Of a DNA stretch of 50,063 nt, positions 8,250 through 17,667 are shown piece by piece (the first letter of the stretch is position 1; each line of letters opens with the position of its first letter). The notes under the pieces were generated by a model, which made no database searches, was not told the DNA's origin, and saw only the letters and a list, made by a program, of their open reading frames with translations. A program made the translations under genes and the position numbers. The DNA lies in contig CAXBPH010000007.1 in assembly GCA_963977445.1 (NCBI GenBank), forward strand, positions 1 through 50,063. The letters run 5' to 3'. The DNA comes from an uncultured bacterium (GTDB lineage Bacteria > Hydrogenedentota > Hydrogenedentia > Hydrogenedentales > JAEUWI01).

Positions 8250-9503
8250 TTACTCGCGCACCCGTTCAATATCAGCGCCCAGCCCCACCAGTCGCTCTTC
8301 GATTCGTTCGTAACCCCGATCAATATGATAGACCCGCGAAATAGCCGTCTCGCCCTGCTGTGCCATCAAACCAGCAATAACTAGGGCCGCACTGGCCCGC
8401 AAATCGGAGGCCATCACCGGTGCACCGCTCAGACTCTTTACGCCACGCACGATGGCCGTGTTGCCATCCACATTGATATCCGCCCCCATGCGCACCAACT
8501 CGGGCACCTGCATGAAGCGGTTCTCGAATACCGTCTCTTTAATTCGACTGACCCCGTCGGCCCGTGTCATGAGCACCATCATCTGGGCCTGCAAATCGGT
8601 CGCAAAGCCGGGAAAGGGCTGGGTCGTTATGTCGACCGACTTGATGCCGTTGGGCGCCGAGGCGCGAATCTTATTGCCCATAATTTCCACTTCGGCACCG
8701 GTGGCCCGCAGTTTCTTCAGGAAATTAGGAAAGTGCTCGGCCTTGGCATTGAGCACGGTTACATCGCCACCGGTCGCAACCCCCGCCGTCAGAAATGTGC
8801 CGGCTTCAATACGGTCGGACATGACGATATGTTCGGCACCACCCAGGGCATCCACCCCGACGATAGTAATCAGGTCGGTACCCGCTCCTGAAATCCGGGC
8901 ACCCATGGCATTGAGGAAATGGGCCAGATCTTCGATCTCCGGCTCCCGCGCCACGTTGGTCAGGCGGGTCACGCCGTCGGCCCGGGTGGCGGCCATCATC
9001 AGGTTTTCCGTAGCACCTACGCTGGGAAAATCGAGGGCATAATTCACCCCTTTCAACTTGCCTTCTGCCACCACGTAGCCATCTTCGATGGCAATAGTCG
9101 CCCCAAGAGCTTCAAGGCCCTTCAGGTGAATATCCACCGGACGCGTACCAATGGCGCAGCCGCCCGGCAGGGATACCCGGCATTTACCAAAACGGGCAAG
9201 AAGGGGCCCAAGCACAAAGAAGGACGCGCGCATCTTGCGGACCAATTCGTAGTGGGCTTCGGCCTTGGTGAGATTCTGGGGCTCCATGGTCATGGAGCGC
9301 CCCGTAAAGTCGATGGTCATACCCATATCGGCCAGGAGTTTGTCCATGGAAAATATGTCATGCAAACAGGGTATGTTGTGCAGCACGCAGGTTTCTTCGG
9401 CCAGAATCGTCGCTGCCATCAGGGGCAGGGCGGCATTCTTGGCACCACGAACCTGTACACTGCCTTTCAGGGGTTTACCACCCCGTACGAGTATTTTATC
9501 CAC
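8250..9503 (-). CDS. murA: UDP-N-acetylglucosamine 1-carboxyvinyltransferase
   Basis: GAKNAALP, MRAS, LPGGCAIGTRPVD (Cys-type active site), DRIEAGT, FENRF, DLRASA, HIDRGYE. Confidence 0.97.
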   Translation of the reverse strand: MDKILVRGGKPLKGSVQVRGAKNAALPLMAATILAEETCVLHNIPCLHDIFSMDKLLADMGMTIDFTGRSMTMEPQNLTKAEAHYELVRKMRASFFVLGPLLARFGKCRVSLPGGCAIGTRPVDIHLKGLEALGATIAIEDGYVVAEGKLKGVNYALDFPSVGATENLMMAATRADGVTRLTNVAREPEIEDLAHFLNAMGARISGAGTDLITIVGVDALGGAEHIVMSDRIEAGTFLTAGVATGGDVTVLNAKAEHFPNFLKKLRATGAEVEIMGNKIRASAPNGIKSVDITTQPFPGFATDLQAQMMVLMTRADGVSRIKETVFENRFMQVPELVRMGADINVDGNTAIVRGVKSLSGAPVMASDLRASAALVIAGLMAQQGETAISRVYHIDRGYERIEERLVGLGADIERVRE

Positions 9504-9798
9504 CAGGGAATCCTTCTTTTCACAGTCCCCGCCTTTTTCCCCGGAAAACGGGAAACATTCCCGCGGAAAGGACGTCTAGCGACAGCTATCGCCCACGAAC
9601 AGGGGAACAACACGGCAGGAACAGGGCTAACGGTGCAATTATGCCACAGTGGCTGGGGCCATTAATACTCTGGGAGCCGTCAAGGTTGCCAACGAGGTGA
9701 TTAATTAACCCATGCCGGTTGCTGGAAACAGCCCCTCCGACACTCCGCCGGAGCGCCGGGTAGCGTTGGCTTACGGAGCAAAAGACGTTTGGGTGCTT

Positions 9799-9903
9799 GG
9801 GTACAGTCACGCCCCTCGGGGGCGCTTCGCTTTGGGCCGTGGACAGGTTGGCCACGGGGACTTCTGTGCGTAATACCGCTTGGGTTGGAGCGATACTGTC
9901 CCC
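9799..9903. repeat. Candidate REP/MITE-like palindromic element with imperfect 9-bp terminal inverted repeats
   Basis: gggtacagt (9799-9807) and actgtcccc (9895-9903) are 8/9 complementary. Internal hairpins include cgcccc-tcg-ggggcg. Confidence 0.35.
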
Positions 9904-9904
9904 T

Positions 9905-9947
9905 AAATAGAAACGGTGTGTTTCCAGGGTTCTGGAAACACACCGTT
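9905..9947 (-). terminator. Intrinsic terminator after secG
   Basis: Perfect 16-bp stem aacggtgtgtttccag / ctggaaacacaccgtt (9912-9947) with a 4-nt loop and a T-rich tail on the minus strand. Confidence 0.85.
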
Positions 9948-9971
9948 GTAGTGTCTTTACTAAATGGTGGC

Positions 9972-10595
9972 TTATTGTGCCGCAGGCGCTTCTGCCACTG
10001 GGGCAGCATCTTCCACGGGAGCGGGCACTTCAGCCGCAGGCGCTTCGGGAGCGACAGGTGCAGCAACTGCCGCTGCCGGAGCAGCGTCTTCCACGGGCGC
10101 GGGTACGGCTGCTTCGGGAGTGGATTCAGGCATGGGGGTGTCCACATTCACTTCAACCACGGGCGTCGCGGCATCGGTAGCTGCTGGTGCGTCGGTCGTC
10201 GCTTCGGGGGCAGGCGTTGCCGCAGCATCTTCGTCGGAGAACAGGGCACCCAGGCCCGTCGCGGGTCCGGCGATACCGTCGGTCGCGCTCATGCCGGTTT
10301 CATCAACCAGGGCCGGGGCGGAACTCGTACCAACATTACCGGAGAGCATGGACATGAGCAGAGCGAGCAGCATGAAGATTCCGGCCATGCTGTAGGTGAT
10401 ACGCTGGGGAAGGCTCTTGGAGGAGCGGGGGCCGAAAACGGCATCGCTACCACCACCGGCACCAAAGGCACCTGCAAAGCCAACACCCTTACCTTTTTGC
10501 AGGAGCACGATAATAATCAGGCCAAAGCAACTCGGCACATAGATGAACAGCATAAGCCACCGCAGTGCGTTCAAACTGAAAATTGTGTTGATCAT
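9972..10595 (-). CDS. secG: Preprotein translocase subunit SecG with a long Ala/Pro/acidic C-terminal tail
   Basis: LIIIVLLQKGKG...GAFGAGGGSDAVFG...RITY..AGIF; lies downstream of tpiA (conserved synteny); GAGGA RBS. Confidence 0.93.
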   Translation of the reverse strand: MINTIFSLNALRWLMLFIYVPSCFGLIIIVLLQKGKGVGFAGAFGAGGGSDAVFGPRSSKSLPQRITYSMAGIFMLLALLMSMLSGNVGTSSAPALVDETGMSATDGIAGPATGLGALFSDEDAAATPAPEATTDAPAATDAATPVVEVNVDTPMPESTPEAAVPAPVEDAAPAAAVAAPVAPEAPAAEVPAPVEDAAPVAEAPAAQ

Positions 10596-10744
10596 GGTAG
10601 AATGAATCCTCTACGTTGCCGGAATCGCGCTCTAGTCATCGCAACCCCGACGTTTCGGGCCTCGGCCTGTCCGCCGCCCTCTTATAAAATACCTTACGGG
10701 AACCCCGACGGGACACCCGACTCACTTCTAAGAAATGTCTCGTT

Positions 10745-11518
10745 TCAGCTGTGGGCACTGACGGCAGTAATAATGCCGGCAAAGCTTTCGGCCTGTAACG
10801 CCGCGCCACCGACGAGGAAACCATCCACGTTGGGCTGGGCAATCAACTCCGCCGCATTGTCGGGCTTGGCACTGCCACCATACTGAATCCGCACAGCGTC
10901 AGCAACGGTATCGCCAAATTCTTTCCGCACCAGTTCGCGAACGAAGAGGTGGGCGGATTCTGCCTGCTCTGGGGAGGCAGTAACGCCCGTACCGATGGCC
11001 CAAACGGGCTCGTAGGCGATAGCCACCTGAGCAAACTGCGCTTCCGAGAGGCCCTTAAGCCCTTCGAGAACGTGGCGGCTCAGCACGTCGTCCATTTTGC
11101 CACCTTCCCGCTCTTCCAGCGTTTCGCCGATGCAGAACATGACCTTGAGGCCGGCACCGAGGGCGAAATGGAGTTTTTCATTCAACAGGGCATCGGACTC
11201 ACCGAAATACTGGCGGCGTTCGCTGTGGCCGATAATAACCCAGGCACAACCCGCATCTTTAATCATCTGGGGGCTGACTTCGCCGGTGAACGCGCCATTT
11301 TCTTTGATGTAGGCGTTTTGCGCACCCACTTCCACATTACTGCCAGCCGCGGCATGGCTTGCGGCATGGAGGGCGGTAAAAACGGGACATACGACGATGT
11401 CCACATTGGAAACACCGGCCACCAGAGGCTTCAAGGCGTCCACGGTCTCAACGGCTTCGCCGATGAGTTTGTTTAATTTCCAGTTTCCGGCCACCAGGGG
11501 CTTGCGATTTGTGCTCAT
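10745..11518 (-). CDS. tpiA: Triosephosphate isomerase
   Basis: AGNWK, GAFTGEVS, GHSERR, AYEPVWAIGTG, YGGS, DGFLVGGA. Start reassigned to the ATG at 11518 (MSTNRKPL). Confidence 0.97.
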   Translation of the reverse strand: MSTNRKPLVAGNWKLNKLIGEAVETVDALKPLVAGVSNVDIVVCPVFTALHAASHAAAGSNVEVGAQNAYIKENGAFTGEVSPQMIKDAGCAWVIIGHSERRQYFGESDALLNEKLHFALGAGLKVMFCIGETLEEREGGKMDDVLSRHVLEGLKGLSEAQFAQVAIAYEPVWAIGTGVTASPEQAESAHLFVRELVRKEFGDTVADAVRIQYGGSAKPDNAAELIAQPNVDGFLVGGAALQAESFAGIITAVSAHS

Positions 11519-11737
11519 AGCTCTTCCATTCAACAGCCCTGACCTGACCCCACACCGGCGTCTTCCCAGAGGGAAGCGGGCGCCAACAAGGTCACGCGCA
11601 GGCACGTACCGGGCAGCCCACCTATAGGCAGGGTCCCGTGAGATTAGCGGGTAATTTCAAGGATTGAGAGAATTTCAATCGGCGCAGAGTACCATATAAT
11701 CGTAACACCGCGCAAAAAAGAAACTGTTGACGAAACC

Positions 11738-11766
11738 TTGTGATCCGACTTTATACATGCTATAAA
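11738..11766 (+). promoter_or_regulatory. Putative sigma70 promoter of the plsR/plsA-like operon
   Basis: TTGTGA-17 bp-TATAAA with an extended -10 TG. Confidence 0.5.
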
Positions 11767-11944
11767 AATAGGAAGTAGGACGCAGGGATATGGATAAATT
11801 CGGGCAGGCTGGCCACGACATCCATAGCGCGTTTGGTTGCGCGCAGTTCGCCTGCACATTCGGTAGCATTGGCACCAGGCCTTTCGTGCACACAGGCAGG
11901 GTGATCTCACATTAAGCGTAACGCCTACCAGGAGGCCCGTTTCC

Positions 11945-13702
11945 ATGAGCACCATCCAACTCGCCCCAAAATCCACGACGGAAATTGATATCCAACAGGC
12001 ATTGGAGGCGGAGAAGAAACTTCGCTACGACAAAGCGGGCATCCCCACAGAGAAGCCGAAACACTTCAAACGTCCGACGGAACGTGTTTTTACGAGAAAA
12101 GAGCGGGAACACACCACGATTCTATTTGGCGGCCTGACGTTGCGCCATGAAAAGTTACTCCGCTCCGCCTTCAAATCACTGGGCTACAACCTCTCCCTCG
12201 TACCCACGCCGGTCAAGGCCGATTTCCAGGCGGGCAAGGAGTATGGCAACAACGGCCAGTGTAATCCGACCTATTTTACCGTGGGCTCCCTCGTTAATTA
12301 CCTTAAAGATCTCCGGGACAATCAGGGTATTTCCACCGAAGTCATATTGAAGGACTATCTCTACATCACCGCCGGCTCCTGCGGTCCCTGCCGCTTTGGC
12401 ATGTATGAAGCCGAATATCGCCTGGCCCTGCGGAACAGCGGCTTCGATGGTTTCCGCGTCATGCTTTTTCAACAGACCGGTGGCCTCGAACAGTCGGCAG
12501 GCGATGCCGGGCTCGATCTCAATGTGGACTTTGCCTTGCGCCTGCTCAACGCCATTATGATGGGCGATCTTCTGAACGAAGTGGCCTACCAATTGCGCCC
12601 CTATGAAAGCACCCCCGGCCAGGTCAACGCAGCCTTCGACAAAGCCATGGATCACCTCTGCACCGAACTGGAAGGCGCGGCGGATAAGGTCGGCACGGCA
12701 CCGGGCTGGTGGAAACTGCTGCCCCAATCCGTGCGCGAAAAGGATGGAGCCAAAATTCTCCAGCAAGCCTGGGAGCCCTTCTTCGTAACGCTCATGGACG
12801 ATGCCCGTAAAATTCTGCTGGAAAACGTGGAGGTGGACTACACCCGCCCCAAACCCATCTGTAAGGTCACGGGGGAATTCTGGGCCCAGACGACCGAAGG
12901 CGATGGCAACTTCCATATGTTTGAATTTCTCGAGTCCCAGGGCTCGGAAGTTATCGTGGAAACCATTACCACTTGGGTCAATTACCTCATTAACCAGGCC
13001 CGGAGCAAGATAGTCGATTCCAAGGGACTCGATTACCCGAAGGGATTCCTGGGCAAACTCCGCGGCGGATGTGCCTATCGCATGAAACTGGCCCGTATTG
13101 AAATTGCCCGCCGCTTTCTCATCCGCGAATACGACCGGCTGCGCAAGTCCCTGGGCGACACGGCCCATGCCCAGGTCTGCCAGCTCGAACTGCAACGGAT
13201 GGGCCACCCCTATTACAACAGCAAGTCTGCCGGCGGTGAGGGCCACCTGGAAGTGGCGAAGAATATCTACTACGCCAACAAGAACCTGGCCCACATGGTC
13301 ATGAGCCTCAAGCCCTTTGGCTGCATGCCTTCGGCACAGTCCGATGGTGCCCAGGCAGCGGTGACCTCCCATTTTCAGGACATGATCTACATTCCCATCG
13401 AAACTTCCGGCGAAGGGGACGTCAATGCCCACAGCCGGGCCCAGATGGCCCTGGGTGAAGCCAAGCTCAAATGTAAGCAGGAAATCCAGCAGTGCACGAA
13501 AAAGAGTGGCTATACCCTGGCCCAGATTCGCGCCTATGTGGAGGCGCACCCCGAACTGCGCAGCCCCATGCAACACATTCCCCATGCCGAAGGGGTGGTG
13601 GGACGTGCCGCGAATTTCGTGCTCTACGTGGGTGGCTTAATGGCGAAAGACAGCGATTGGTCAGTGGATACGCTCCCCGCCAAACAGCCCGCAGCCGTAT
13701 AG
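11945..13702 (+). CDS. PlsR-like / 2-hydroxyacyl-CoA dehydratase-type Fe-S reductase subunit
   Basis: GKEYGNNGQCNPTY, GSCGPCRFGMY, VTGEFW, GGEGHLEV, KPFGCMP; GGAGG RBS. Confidence 0.72.
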   Translation: MSTIQLAPKSTTEIDIQQALEAEKKLRYDKAGIPTEKPKHFKRPTERVFTRKEREHTTILFGGLTLRHEKLLRSAFKSLGYNLSLVPTPVKADFQAGKEYGNNGQCNPTYFTVGSLVNYLKDLRDNQGISTEVILKDYLYITAGSCGPCRFGMYEAEYRLALRNSGFDGFRVMLFQQTGGLEQSAGDAGLDLNVDFALRLLNAIMMGDLLNEVAYQLRPYESTPGQVNAAFDKAMDHLCTELEGAADKVGTAPGWWKLLPQSVREKDGAKILQQAWEPFFVTLMDDARKILLENVEVDYTRPKPICKVTGEFWAQTTEGDGNFHMFEFLESQGSEVIVETITTWVNYLINQARSKIVDSKGLDYPKGFLGKLRGGCAYRMKLARIEIARRFLIREYDRLRKSLGDTAHAQVCQLELQRMGHPYYNSKSAGGEGHLEVAKNIYYANKNLAHMVMSLKPFGCMPSAQSDGAQAAVTSHFQDMIYIPIETSGEGDVNAHSRAQMALGEAKLKCKQEIQQCTKKSGYTLAQIRAYVEAHPELRSPMQHIPHAEGVVGRAANFVLYVGGLMAKDSDWSVDTLPAKQPAAV

Positions 13703-13756
13703 GCCCCTGTCACCTCCCCGCTCGCCCACGTCAGATGAAAATAGAGGATTATATCC

Positions 13757-16700
13757 ATGGGTAATTGCAGCAGTTCATCCAATGGTTCCAGCAGTTGCAG
13801 TTCGGGAAGCTGCGGCACGCCCGCCCCGGCAGAAACCAAAGCAAGTTCCTGCTCTTCGGGCGGCTCTTGCGGCTGCAGCACCAAAGCCGCGCCGCTCCCC
13901 CCCGCACGTCCCCCGGCGCACGAAGTTCTGACCTTTCAGCCTACCGCCCAATACCCCCAGGGCCTGATGATGGGCCTGGATGTGGGCAGCACGACGGTAA
14001 AAGCGGTCGTCGTCGATCCCGTTACCGATGAAATCCTCTGGAAAGACTACCAGCGCCACGAAACCAAGCAACCAGAGAAATGCCTGGAGCTCCTCGAAGC
14101 CGTGCGCCTGGCCTTTCCGGAGTTGCCCTGCAATGCCCTTCGCGTGCTCATCACGGGCTCCGGCGGCTCGGCGGTGGGCCGCCATATTGGTGCCCGCTTC
14201 GTGCAGGAGGTGAATGCCGTATCCCTTGCCGTGGAAAAGCTCTACCCCGACGTCATGAGTGTCATCGAACTGGGTGGGCAGGATGCCAAGATCATCGTCT
14301 TCAAGGAAATTGAAGAAACGGGCACCAAGAAAAAAATCCCCTCGATGAATGACAAATGCGCCGGTGGCACGGGTGCCGTAATCGACAAGATCAACGCCAA
14401 ACTGCGTATCCCCGCCGCAGAACTCAGCAACATGGGCTACGTAGGCCACAAGCTTCACCCCGTCGCGGGTAAGTGTGGCGTATTCGCCGAAACCGACATT
14501 AATGGCCTGCAGAAGCAAGGCGTGCCCCGTGAAGAACTCATGGCCTCCCTCTTCGAGTCCATCATTCAGCAGAATTTGTCCGTGCTGACCCGGGGCCACA
14601 CCCTCCTGCCCAATGTATTGCTCCTGGGCGGCCCCAATTGCTACGTGAAGGGCATGAAAGAGTGTTGGCGGCACAACATTCCCCAGGTGTGGAAAGAGCG
14701 CAATGTGGACGTGCCGGACCGCCCCATCGAAGAGCTCATCAAGGTGCCGGAGAATGCCCAGTATTTCGCCGCTATCGGTGCCGTCGAATTTGGCAAGTCG
14801 GAAATTGAAGATGATATCAACATGGGCGTCTACCAGGGCACGAAACAGCTCAACTGGTATCTCGATGTGGGCCGGATTCAGGAAAAAAAGGCGGCCGGCA
14901 GCACGGGCCTGGTGAAGACGGAGGAAGAACTCGCTGCGTTCTATGATCGGTACACGGTCGAATCGTGGGAACCCATGAACTTCGCGCCGGGCACGGTGGT
15001 GGAAGGCTATGTGGGCATCGACGGCGGCTCCACGAGTACCAAGGCGGTCCTGGTGGATAAAGACAAGAACATCGTCGACAAGGTCTACCAGCTATCCAAG
15101 GGCAACCCCATCGAAGACACCATGGAAGTGCTCGGCGATCTGGAGGCCAAGTTTGCGGCCCAGGGCTGCACCTTGAAGGTCCTCGGTGTAGGCACGACGG
15201 GGTATGCCAAGGATGTCTTGAAAGACGTGCTCAGCGCCGACGTGGCCCTCGTCGAAACCGTGGCCCACACCCAGAGCGGTCTGCACTTCTACCCCGACGC
15301 CGACGTCATTTGCGATGTGGGTGGCCAGGACATCAAGGTCATCATTCTCCGCAATGGCGCGGTAAAAGATTTCAAGCTCAATACCCAATGCTCGGCGGGC
15401 AATGGTTACTTCCTTCAATCGACGGCCCAGGATTTCGGGGTGGACGTGCGGGAATATGCCGATGTGGCCTTCAAGGCGGAAGCCATGCCTGAGTTTGGCT
15501 ATGGCTGTGCCGTCTTCATGCAATCGGATATTGTGGACTTCCAGCGACAGGGTTGGCAGGCCTCCGAAATCATGGCGGGCCTGGCCGACGTGTTGCCGAA
15601 GAACATCTGGCTCTACGTTTCCCAGATTCCCAACCTGCCCAAGCTCGGCAGCACCTTCGTCCTCCAGGGCGGCACGCAAAACAATATGGCGGCCGTGAAG
15701 ACCCAATCCGATTTTATTACAAGCCGCTTCCACGGCACAGGCATCGAGCCCCGTGTAGTGGTGCATAAACATTGCGGTGAGTCTGGTGCTATCGGGGCCG
15801 CCTTTGAAGCCCATCGACTCAACACCGAACAGGGTCGCGAGACCACCTTCATCGGGATGGAGGCCGTGCGCACCATTCAATACCGAACGACCCGGGATGA
15901 AAACACCCGTTGCTATTTCTGCAAGAACAACTGCCTCCGCACCTTCATCGACGTAAAGTCCGATGCCTCCACGAAAGCCGTAAACATCGCGGTAGAATCC
16001 AACACGATGAAGTTCAACACCTCCACCGTAAGCCACACCCGCATGAAACGGGGGGCCACGGAGGAAGAGAAGAAATCTCCCGACTTTGAGTCGAAGGTGC
16101 CTCTTGCCGCCGATGAGCAGCGTCTCATCATCGCCACCTGCGAAAAAGGTACGGTGGAAGATGTGGCCGATATGAAAAACATCAAAAAAGGCATGGACAG
16201 CATCAAGGAAAAATACCCCAACCTGGTGGAGCGGTCGGCGACCAAGGCTTTCCTATCGGTAACAGTGGATTCCGTAGCGGACCCACTGCCCGAAGTACGC
16301 TGGCATCATCGAGGCGCAACGCGGGCGGCTCTGGTGACACGACGATCCGCCATGGAAAAACGGCCGCAAATTCGTATCGGCATGCCCAAAGTCCTCAACA
16401 TGTACTCCCAGGCCCCTTTCTTCATGGCCTTCTTCCAAAGTGTGGGTATCCGCGATCGCAATCTGGTCTGGTCGGATTACACCAGCGAAGGGCTCTACAA
16501 AGAAGGGGCCAAACGGGGCAGTATTGACCCCTGCTTCCCCAGCAAGGTGGGTATCCCCCACGTCCATAATCTGCTCTATGAAAAGCACAAGCCCAAGAAG
16601 CCCCTGGACTACATACTCTTCCCCATGGTGGATTCCTTCCCCACGTGGCTGGAAAACATACTGGGAAGCCGGGCCTGCCCCACCGTGACAGCCACGCCGG

Positions 16701-17524
16701 AAGCGGTCCACGCGGCCTTCACGAAAGAGAGCAATCTCTTCGCGGAAAAGGGCCTGGTGTATAAGAAGACCTTTCTGAACATGGACAACGACGCTCTGTG
16801 CGCCCGTCAGATGTTTGAAGATTGGGGCCCCGAATTGGGCCTTTCCGAAGAGGAAGCCCGTCGCGCGACCGATGCCGGCCTCAAGGCCCTGGCCGATTTT
16901 TATCAGGCCCGACGGGACGAAGCCCGCGCCATGCTCGACACCCTGGAACGAGAGAAACGACTCGGCATCGTGTTACTGGCCCGGCCCTATCACAACGATC
17001 CGGGAATCAACCACGAAATCATGGATGAGTTCCAGAAGCTTGGTTACCCCGTCTTCACGCAGGACAGCCTGCCCATCGACGCGGATCTTATGGAACGGCT
17101 CTTTGGTGATGAAGTCGCCGCCGGTGAAATCCAGAGTGCTTTTGACGTCAATGACGTTTGGAAGAACAGCTATTCGGAAAATACGTCACGCAAGGTCTGG
17201 GCGGCCAAATACGTGGCCCGTCATCCCAACCTGGTCGGCCTGGAACTCTCCAACTTCAAGTGCGGACACGACGCCCCCATTTATACGGTGGTGGAAGAGA
17301 TTGTCGAAAATTCGGGCACGCCCTTCTTCTACTTCAAGGATATCGATGAGAATAAGCCCCAGGGTGCCATCAAGATTCGCGTTGAGACCATCGGCTACTT
17401 CCTGAAACGCTATCGCGAAGACATGATCTCCCGCGAGCAAAAGAGGACGGAAATCGATGCCGAACTTGCCGCGCTGGAAGCCGAATTGCGAAATCCGCGC
17501 ATGGCCGCAGCGGTGGGCGTGTGA
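13757..17524 (+). CDS. PlsA/Ger-like protein: two BadF/BadG/BcrA/BcrD (HgdC-type) activator ATPase domains plus a DUF2229-type domain
   Basis: Domain 1: GLDVGSTTVK, ELGGQDAK, KCAGGTG, CGVFAET. Domain 2: GIDGGSTSTK, DVGGQDIK, QCSAGNG, CAVFMQS. Then CYFCKNNC, IGMPKVLN, CFPSK and FKCGHD. Confidence 0.82.
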   Translation: MGNCSSSSNGSSSCSSGSCGTPAPAETKASSCSSGGSCGCSTKAAPLPPARPPAHEVLTFQPTAQYPQGLMMGLDVGSTTVKAVVVDPVTDEILWKDYQRHETKQPEKCLELLEAVRLAFPELPCNALRVLITGSGGSAVGRHIGARFVQEVNAVSLAVEKLYPDVMSVIELGGQDAKIIVFKEIEETGTKKKIPSMNDKCAGGTGAVIDKINAKLRIPAAELSNMGYVGHKLHPVAGKCGVFAETDINGLQKQGVPREELMASLFESIIQQNLSVLTRGHTLLPNVLLLGGPNCYVKGMKECWRHNIPQVWKERNVDVPDRPIEELIKVPENAQYFAAIGAVEFGKSEIEDDINMGVYQGTKQLNWYLDVGRIQEKKAAGSTGLVKTEEELAAFYDRYTVESWEPMNFAPGTVVEGYVGIDGGSTSTKAVLVDKDKNIVDKVYQLSKGNPIEDTMEVLGDLEAKFAAQGCTLKVLGVGTTGYAKDVLKDVLSADVALVETVAHTQSGLHFYPDADVICDVGGQDIKVIILRNGAVKDFKLNTQCSAGNGYFLQSTAQDFGVDVREYADVAFKAEAMPEFGYGCAVFMQSDIVDFQRQGWQASEIMAGLADVLPKNIWLYVSQIPNLPKLGSTFVLQGGTQNNMAAVKTQSDFITSRFHGTGIEPRVVVHKHCGESGAIGAAFEAHRLNTEQGRETTFIGMEAVRTIQYRTTRDENTRCYFCKNNCLRTFIDVKSDASTKAVNIAVESNTMKFNTSTVSHTRMKRGATEEEKKSPDFESKVPLAADEQRLIIATCEKGTVEDVADMKNIKKGMDSIKEKYPNLVERSATKAFLSVTVDSVADPLPEVRWHHRGATRAALVTRRSAMEKRPQIRIGMPKVLNMYSQAPFFMAFFQSVGIRDRNLVWSDYTSEGLYKEGAKRGSIDPCFPSKVGIPHVHNLLYEKHKPKKPLDYILFPMVDSFPTWLENILGSRACPTVTATPEAVHAAFTKESNLFAEKGLVYKKTFLNMDNDALCARQMFEDWGPELGLSEEEARRATDAGLKALADFYQARRDEARAMLDTLEREKRLGIVLLARPYHNDPGINHEIMDEFQKLGYPVFTQDSLPIDADLMERLFGDEVAAGEIQSAFDVNDVWKNSYSENTSRKVWAAKYVARHPNLVGLELSNFKCGHDAPIYTVVEEIVENSGTPFFYFKDIDENKPQGAIKIRVETIGYFLKRYREDMISREQKRTEIDAELAALEAELRNPRMAAAVGV

Positions 17525-17644
17525 GGCGAGGCGTACATGCCCGACCACCGGTCTATCTGGCGAAAAAAGTGGGCGTGCGTCTCGGCTGGAACAATGGAGA
17601 GCGGCTCGCGGGCCGAAGGTATTTTTTTACGTCTTCGACGTAAT

Positions 17645-17667
17645 GCAGGCGGGCCGCCTGCGCTCCC
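17645..17667. repeat. REP-like palindrome in the convergent intergenic region
   Basis: gcaggcgg-g-ccgcctgc-gctccc matches the recalled GCxGGCGxGACGCCxGCGCTCCC type of repetitive palindrome. Confidence 0.55.

Noticed and set aside
9560..9970. tRNA-Leu or tmRNA, often found after secG
   Set aside because: No GTTCRA T-loop, cloverleaf or tRNA-like CCA end was found by eye on either strand.
9789..10886. 365-aa plus-strand Gly/Arg/Cys-rich ORF
   Set aside because: It is antisense to secG; its composition is a by-product of the Ala/Pro-rich tail.
11519..11605. N-terminal extensions given by the ORF track for tpiA (also cmk 39112, PKD 26433, and the starts at 35847 and 42135)
   Set aside because: Family similarity, signal peptides and RBS positions support the downstream starts.
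13757..13774. MGNCSS as a eukaryote-like N-myristoylation/palmitoylation motif
   Set aside because: This is a predicted cytoplasmic bacterial Fe-S enzyme, and the match is easily explained by Ser/Gly/Cys low complexity.
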